Of a stretch of 29,017 bases of DNA, positions 23,042 to 29,017 are shown piece by piece. Made by a program: the position numbers and the translations under genes. The stretch is from positions 1 to 29,017 of the IMG/VR virus record IMGVR_UViG_3300009152_000158. One strand, 5' to 3'. The number at the start of each line of letters is the position of its first letter. Within the stretch, counting starts at the first letter, position 1. The notes beneath the pieces were generated by a model. It worked only from the letters and a program-made list of their open reading frames with translations. It had not been told where the DNA came from and searched no databases. The stretch is from a virus. Lineage: Duplodnaviria > Caudoviricetes.

Positions 23042-26000
23042 ATGGCTGAAGAACAAATAGTAACTAACATAGTTGCTAAATCTGATTTTTCAAATCTTAT
23101 TACAGATCTTAATAAGGTATCTTCAGCATTAACTGGCCTACAAGAAAAACTTCAAACAACTAACAAAACATTAGCAGCACAAGTTGCTGTAATGAATAGA
23201 TCCTTTGCTGAAACAATGAGAAGCACTGGACAATTTTCTACTCATTTCGTAAGCTTAAGTTCTGACGTTGATAAATTTGGTACGCAGTTAGATAAGGGCC
23301 AAATGAAGCTTGGTAAGTTTTTTCAAACTTACAGTCAGCATGTTAAATCAAACGGTGGTCTAATAAGAGATTTAGCAAAACAGCAGGTACAGTTACAAAA
23401 CTCAATATTACAGCCTTTAGGTAGAAACGCTGAAGGATTAATGCAATACAATGTTCATATTCCAAGAGGTCTCGATTTAGTAAAAAATAAAACTGCTATT
23501 GCAAAACAGGAACTGATGATCATGAACAAGGTCATTCAAGAAGGTGCAAATCAATTAATTAACTGGGGTAAGAATACACAGTGGGCAGGTAGACAGCTAA
23601 CCGTTGGACTCACAGTACCGCTAGCAGCATTTGGAAAAGCAGCAGCAGATGCATTTAAAGAAGCAGATCAACAACTAGTTAGATTAACAAAAGTTTACGG
23701 TGGCCTCTCTGCAGTTTCAGCAGTAGAGCTTGCTAAGGTAAGAAAAGATGTTACCGATACAGCTGCAGATCTTTCAAAATCATATGGAACTTCTTTCTCA
23801 GATACAATTGCACTTGCAGCGGACATAGCGGCTACTGGAAAGCAAGGCAATGAGCTTCTTGGTTCTATTAGAGAAACAACAAGACTCTCAGTACTTGGTG
23901 AAGTGGATAGACAAGATGCCATGAAGGCTACTCTTGCAATACAAACAGCATTTAAACAAAATACAGAAGAGCTAACACAATCAATTAACTTTTTAAACGC
24001 AGTAGAAAACCAAACATCTACAACTCTAAACGATTTAGTAGAAGCAATTCCAAAAGCAGGACCAATTGTTAAGGGCCTTGGAGGAGATGTAAAAGATCTT
24101 GCTTTATATCTAACTGCAATGAGAGAAGGCGGAATCAATGCGTCAGAAGGCGCAAACGCATTAAAATCTGGTTTAGCTTCGTTAATTAATCCAACAAAAG
24201 TTGCAAAAGGAATGTTTGAAGGATTTGGAATTTCCCTAACAGATATTGTTGAAAGAAATGCTGGTAATACCACAGCAACTATTTTAGAGCTACAGTCTGC
24301 TTTAGAGACATTAAACCCTCTACAAAAGCAACAGGCACTAGAACAATTATTTGGAAAGTTTCAATTTGCAAGAATGAATGCTCTTTTTGAAAACCTTGGA
24401 AAGCAAGGCAGCCAAACACTTCAAGTAATGGACTTGATGAAAGCAAGCTCAGAAGAGTTAACAAATTTAGCTGGTCGAGAATTGTCACAGGTTACAGAGT
24501 CAGCTTCTGGTAAATACAGAAGAGCCATAGAAGGATTAAGAGCAGACCTTGCTGGAATTGGAGAACAGTTCCTAAAGATTAACACCACCTTGATTCAATT
24601 TGTAAATGGAATACTTAACTTTGTACAATCTCTTCCAAACCCAATTAAGCAAGCATTAGGATTTTTAGGAATGATAACAGCAGCAGCTGGACCGCTTATC
24701 ATGTTAACTGGTGTTCTTGGAAACTTTTTTGGATATATAATAAAGGGAGCTTCTCACTTTAGAGCTTTATTTAAAGGTGGAGAAGGATGGAAACTACTAA
24801 CACCAGAAATTTTGGCTGCACAAAAAGCTGGAAATTTAGTAGAGCAAACATTTTATAGCGACGCAAAAGCAGCATCAGTATTAAAACAATCTATAGCAAC
24901 ACTGGCTGCAGAATTTGCAAACCTAGAACAAAAAGCAATGGCTGCTGCGATATCTGTAAATCCAGTAGTTTCAAGTGGCGGAACCGTTGTAATGGGAGGA
25001 CAAAGAGTAGTAAATGCATCGCACCCATTAGCAGGACAACAGGGAACAAGATCAGCCGCCCACCATAACCCAAGATCTTTAATGACTCCTGGCCAAAGAG
25101 ATTCACAAACTATACACTCGTTTACGCCAGCACCAATTCCTTTAAATCAAAAAATAGGAGCTGTTCCACAAATATTTATGGAAGGCGACTTGCCAAGAAT
25201 TGAAGGATTGACAACATCTAAAGGTGCTTCAACTGGTATTGTTGCTGGAGAGGCAGCAAAATGGCATGCCATGATGGGTTCTTTGTCCATGATGACAAAG
25301 CAAGAAGTTGCAACCCTTAAACAAGAAATTGCAAGAACTGGAACATTCAGCGCAGAAATAAATCAAACCTTCGGACAGCTTCTACCAGCAATGACTAGAT
25401 TAACAAGTAATGCCGCAGCAGAATCACAATTAATAGTTCAACAGCTTCAAGCTGGAAAATTAACAGTAGATGCAGCTCGTGTAAAAATTATTGCAATTAA
25501 TGCAGAGCTAGAAAGAATGATGGCTCAAACAACTACACAAGTTGCAACAAGTCTTGGAAGAACCGCAAATCTAACTCAAGTTCCATTAATAGGACAGCCA
25601 ATTGTAAGCAGCACAGGAAAGTCAAACATTAAAGAAATATTTAGACCTAAAAGAGCAGCTTCAGGTATTATTGATAAAATAGCAAGAGGGCTTGGAGTTA
25701 GAACATGGGGAGGCGGATACTCAACAGAAACTACAATGCCTAAAAAGTTTGCAAGTGGTGGACAAATTTATGGACCAGGTACTGGAACATCTGACTCTAT
25801 TCCAATCATGGCTTCTGCTGGAGAATTCGTAGTTAACGCAAAAGCAACTAGAGAAAATCTACCACTGCTTGCAGCCATCAATGGCGGAATGGGAAATCAA
25901 GATAACAAATACAAAGATGGCGGATTCCTACCAGCAACAATGTTGTGGCAAGGAAGTCAGATGAATGCAATATTAGCACACCCAGATCAAGCTGGAAGAA

Positions 26001-29000
26001 GAAAATCTTTAGGCCTTGATACACCACTACCAACTGGAAATACAATTCCTGGCTCAATGTTTGCAAAAGATTTTCAGCAAATGCGTAGAACTGGAGTACA
26101 TCCAGGCGGAATACTATACGAAATAGGATCACAGCTAGGGTATTCCTCAAAAGATTTGCAATTTGCAATAAACCCAATGGAGAAAGAAATAAGAGAGACT
26201 TTAATGAAGTCTGGAAATATAACTCCAAAGCAATACGATGAAATTGTTTCTAGAATAATGCACAGACATTTACAAAGAGTTACTAGAATGAGTGCTGCAA
26301 AGGGAAGAAGGGTTTCCCTAACAGAAGAGATTGGCTCATTAGGCTTTAAAAGAAATGAAAAAAATAAAGGTGTATTAAAAGGAAGCGTAAGAAATATTGG
26401 TTTTGATGGACAAAAAGTGGCACAACCATTTGTTTCAACTGGTGGCGGAATACCCGCAGACTCAATGGCGGGCAAGCATTTTGAAAGAATGCAAGATCTT
26501 TACCCAGAAGAACAAAGAAAGGCAACACCAGCATTTGGTAGAGGAAAAACATTCAAATCAATTTTTGGAGCAGAACGAGGTCACGTTGGAGCATCTTTAC
26601 CATTTGGAGGAATGCCATACAACTCTGCAGCAAGAGGGATACACCCAGATAAATATTCAATAAATGCTCATGGAAGAAAAACATTTTTAAAAATGCCACT
26701 TCAAAAGTTGGCAAAGGGTTGGGCTAACCCAAGGTACGTAGCACCAGATCCAAGATCAATAGCCTTAACAGAAAAATGGAAGCGTGGCTATAAAAATGGA
26801 GGAGTAGTAGGACGAGTATATTCCCCAAGAAAATATGCTGAAGGTGGAATAATTAAATCACAAATTGCTCCAATGCTAGGTGGAACCGCTGGCTGGATGG
26901 GTGGACAAGCATTAGGATCAATGGTTGGTGGAGATATTGGCGGAATGGTTGGAGGAATTGCTGGTTCTATAGCTATCCCTGCAATGATGACAAGAACAGC
27001 AAAGTCTGCGGACGCAGCTATACCAAAACTAGATAGATTTAAAAATGCAATAAAAGCAGTAACAATGCTACCAGGACCAGTTAAATTACTTGCAGCAGTA
27101 CTGGCTGTTGGCGCAGCAGTTAAAACAGTTAATGATAAAATTAATGAACATCGTAAAATAATTAATTTAGCGTTCGGCCCAACAGAAGAGTCTGCACAAA
27201 GGCTTGGAATTAAATACAATTCATTAACAAAGCAAATGAAAGACTTTGCTGAGCAAACAAAATTAACTAAAGCAAAAATAGAAGAGTTCTATGCTGCAAC
27301 ACAAAATTCTGGTGTGGCTGGGCTAAACCTAACAATTAAGCAACTATCGGAATTAAAAGAAACAGTACTCAAAGACTTCCCAGACTATGTAAAAATGTTT
27401 GACAAGGCAAGCCCTAAAGAAGTTATAATTAAAGCACAGCAATTAAAGGCACAATTTGTTGCAGGCGGAATGAGTGCAGAAGAAGCAACTAAAAAGATAT
27501 ACGCAATGGTTTCAGTTTCTAATAAAGCAAACCTAGCAGTACAAGCAATAGCCAACGAAGGCTTTGCTAGTATTAAAGATAAAGCAACAGCTGCAGTTCA
27601 GTCTGTTAAGGTATTTAATGCTTTGCTAAAAGAAGGAAACACTGATCAGCTAGCGATATCATTTGATACTGTTATAACTTCTTTGCAAGAAGCTGAAAAA
27701 GCTCTTATCGGAACAAAAAATGCTCAAGGGCAATTAATGACAAGTGGGGAAGCATTTGAAAAGACATTAGAATCAATTAACGGAACCCGTCTTGGAAACC
27801 TTGCATTAGAGAAGCAAGGAGTAGAGGCTTTATCTAAGCAAAACGTAATAATGGGACTTATATTAAATGAAGCAGATACAGTCGCTGGCGCTTATTCAAA
27901 AATGAAATTGTATTTAAGTGGTATAGACATTGATCTTAAATCTATGAATTCAGAGATGGCTGGACTTGCAGCAAAGGCAGTAAACCTTGCAACTCAAAAT
28001 TTAATTGGCGGAAAGTATAAGGGAATATCTGACGAAATAAAAAGATTAAGTGAATCTGGATCATCACAAAAAGCAATCAAAACACAGGCAAATATTCAAA
28101 AGAACCTAGATGATCAAATTAAAAAACATCAAAAGATAATTGATCAAATAAAAGAACAAGCTGACGCTAAGGTAGAAGCACTAAATAGACAGAACGACGC
28201 AGAAGATTATAACCTTCAAATTCAAAAGCTACAGATACAGTATCAAGAAAAACTTGCTTCTGGAGACATGGCTGGTGCAGCACAATCTCAAATAGATATA
28301 CAGCTATTAAACTCATCTAGACAAAAAGATTTAGCAGTTAGTGCTATTAGAGATAAAGAAAAAGCAGACGTAAAGGCACAAGAATTAATTATTGAGGGTC
28401 TACAAAAGAAGATTGATGGCTCTCAAAAAGCAGTAGAAAAAGCAACCGCTGCTGCCGATGCTTCTTTGAAGAAAGCTGGCGAGCTTCAGATAACATTAAA
28501 TAATTTAATAACTACAACTTTAAATGCAGCAAATGGAGATATTAACTATAAAGAAGTTGCAAACCTGCAAACACAATTAAAAAAGCTTGGCTTTACTAAA
28601 GAAGCAAATGCAATTGGTGGAGTTGGTCCAAATATACCATTTAAGGATGGGCTAAGACCTGGATCAACAGGAATAGAAGCAATTGGAAAATCCGCACTCT
28701 CAGAAGTTATAAACGGTAATAAAGAGCTAAAGACAAATGATAAAGGTCTTCTTGAATACTTTACTAAAACAAAATTTGGACAAACTGCGGTATCACCCAC
28801 TACATTAACTTTAAATAAAGGAACTAAATATCAATCAACTGGACAGTTTGTACAAGCATCTGAGCTAGCAAAATCTGGAGTTAAGCCTGGCAAGAATGGA
28901 TATGTTGGACAAACATTTGTTGGGTCAGACGGATCTACATATGAGGTTACAGCAGATGCTGGGTACTACGGACTGTCAGTTAAAAAGAAAATGGCAACTG

Positions 29001-29017
29001 GAGGATTTATATCAGGA
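23042..29017 (+). CDS. Tape measure protein (>1992 aa, runs off the window; not in ORF track)
   Basis: Frame 2 is open from ATG 23042 to the end. It has a TP901-type TMP core (WAGRQLTVGLTVP...LNAVENQT...GANALKSG), hydrophobic segments, a GPGTGTSDSIP motif and long coiled coils. Confidence 0.93.
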   Translation, partial: MAEEQIVTNIVAKSDFSNLITDLNKVSSALTGLQEKLQTTNKTLAAQVAVMNRSFAETMRSTGQFSTHFVSLSSDVDKFGTQLDKGQMKLGKFFQTYSQHVKSNGGLIRDLAKQQVQLQNSILQPLGRNAEGLMQYNVHIPRGLDLVKNKTAIAKQELMIMNKVIQEGANQLINWGKNTQWAGRQLTVGLTVPLAAFGKAAADAFKEADQQLVRLTKVYGGLSAVSAVELAKVRKDVTDTAADLSKSYGTSFSDTIALAADIAATGKQGNELLGSIRETTRLSVLGEVDRQDAMKATLAIQTAFKQNTEELTQSINFLNAVENQTSTTLNDLVEAIPKAGPIVKGLGGDVKDLALYLTAMREGGINASEGANALKSGLASLINPTKVAKGMFEGFGISLTDIVERNAGNTTATILELQSALETLNPLQKQQALEQLFGKFQFARMNALFENLGKQGSQTLQVMDLMKASSEELTNLAGRELSQVTESASGKYRRAIEGLRADLAGIGEQFLKINTTLIQFVNGILNFVQSLPNPIKQALGFLGMITAAAGPLIMLTGVLGNFFGYIIKGASHFRALFKGGEGWKLLTPEILAAQKAGNLVEQTFYSDAKAASVLKQSIATLAAEFANLEQKAMAAAISVNPVVSSGGTVVMGGQRVVNASHPLAGQQGTRSAAHHNPRSLMTPGQRDSQTIHSFTPAPIPLNQKIGAVPQIFMEGDLPRIEGLTTSKGASTGIVAGEAAKWHAMMGSLSMMTKQEVATLKQEIARTGTFSAEINQTFGQLLPAMTRLTSNAAAESQLIVQQLQAGKLTVDAARVKIIAINAELERMMAQTTTQVATSLGRTANLTQVPLIGQPIVSSTGKSNIKEIFRPKRAASGIIDKIARGLGVRTWGGGYSTETTMPKKFASGGQIYGPGTGTSDSIPIMASAGEFVVNAKATRENLPLLAAINGGMGNQDNKYKDGGFLPATMLWQGSQMNAILAHPDQAGRRKSLGLDTPLPTGNTIPGSMFAKDFQQMRRTGVHPGGILYEIGSQLGYSSKDLQFAINPMEKEIRETLMKSGNITPKQYDEIVSRIMHRHLQRVTRMSAAKGRRVSLTEEIGSLGFKRNEKNKGVLKGSVRNIGFDGQKVAQPFVSTGGGIPADSMAGKHFERMQDLYPEEQRKATPAFGRGKTFKSIFGAERGHVGASLPFGGMPYNSAARGIHPDKYSINAHGRKTFLKMPLQKLAKGWANPRYVAPDPRSIALTEKWKRGYKNGGVVGRVYSPRKYAEGGIIKSQIAPMLGGTAGWMGGQALGSMVGGDIGGMVGGIAGSIAIPAMMTRTAKSADAAIPKLDRFKNAIKAVTMLPGPVKLLAAVLAVGAAVKTVNDKINEHRKIINLAFGPTEESAQRLGIKYNSLTKQMKDFAEQTKLTKAKIEEFYAATQNSGVAGLNLTIKQLSELKETVLKDFPDYVKMFDKASPKEVIIKAQQLKAQFVAGGMSAEEATKKIYAMVSVSNKANLAVQAIANEGFASIKDKATAAVQSVKVFNALLKEGNTDQLAISFDTVITSLQEAEKALIGTKNAQGQLMTSGEAFEKTLESINGTRLGNLALEKQGVEALSKQNVIMGLILNEADTVAGAYSKMKLYLSGIDIDLKSMNSEMAGLAAKAVNLATQNLIGGKYKGISDEIKRLSESGSSQKAIKTQANIQKNLDDQIKKHQKIIDQIKEQADAKVEALNRQNDAEDYNLQIQKLQIQYQEKLASGDMAGAAQSQIDIQLLNSSRQKDLAVSAIRDKEKADVKAQELIIEGLQKKIDGSQKAVEKATAAADASLKKAGELQITLNNLITTTLNAANGDINYKEVANLQTQLKKLGFTKEANAIGGVGPNIPFKDGLRPGSTGIEAIGKSALSEVINGNKELKTNDKGLLEYFTKTKFGQTAVSPTTLTLNKGTKYQSTGQFVQASELAKSGVKPGKNGYVGQTFVGSDGSTYEVTADAGYYGLSVKKKMATGGFISG

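Noticed and set aside
26397-26663. Alternate-frame + ORF inside the TMP
   Set aside because: The TMP frame is continuous through this region, and there is no independent translation signal.
97-28800. All minus-strand ORFs in the track (e.g. 97..432, 16459..17058, 23695..24273, 26788..27219)
   Set aside because: They overlap well-supported + strand genes, lack recognisable motifs, and are expected from biased codon usage.
1-29017. tRNA, rRNA, integrase or transposase
   Set aside because: Intergenic gaps are short and explained by promoters and terminators. No such motifs were recognised.

Overview
This is a 29-kb segment of a large tailed dsDNA phage (siphovirus-type morphogenesis genes), with all real genes on the + strand. 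The order is: tail-fibre-like genes (1-3966); an FN3-FN3-(FGFTP)x8-Hint-domain protein (3991-5322); a tightly coupled 10-gene tailoring-enzyme operon (5335-12048); a LamG-type virion protein; then portal, prohead protease/scaffold, HK97-fold capsid, neck, tail tube, frameshifted tail assembly chaperones and a >1990-aa tape measure protein that runs off the window. The operon encodes 2OG-Fe(II) oxygenases including two prolyl-4-hydroxylase-like ones, an apparently dead oxygenase paralogue, DUF6065/dUTPase-fold-like proteins, a GT60-like glycosyltransferase and an SDR. The standout hypothesis is a phage-encoded post-translational modification system, in which a self-processing protein carrying a Pro/Thr/Phe repeat is hydroxylated and glycosylated by the adjacent enzymes. 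Probable leaderless transcripts suggest an actinobacterial host (inference). All family assignments are by-eye motif recognition; no database search was run.
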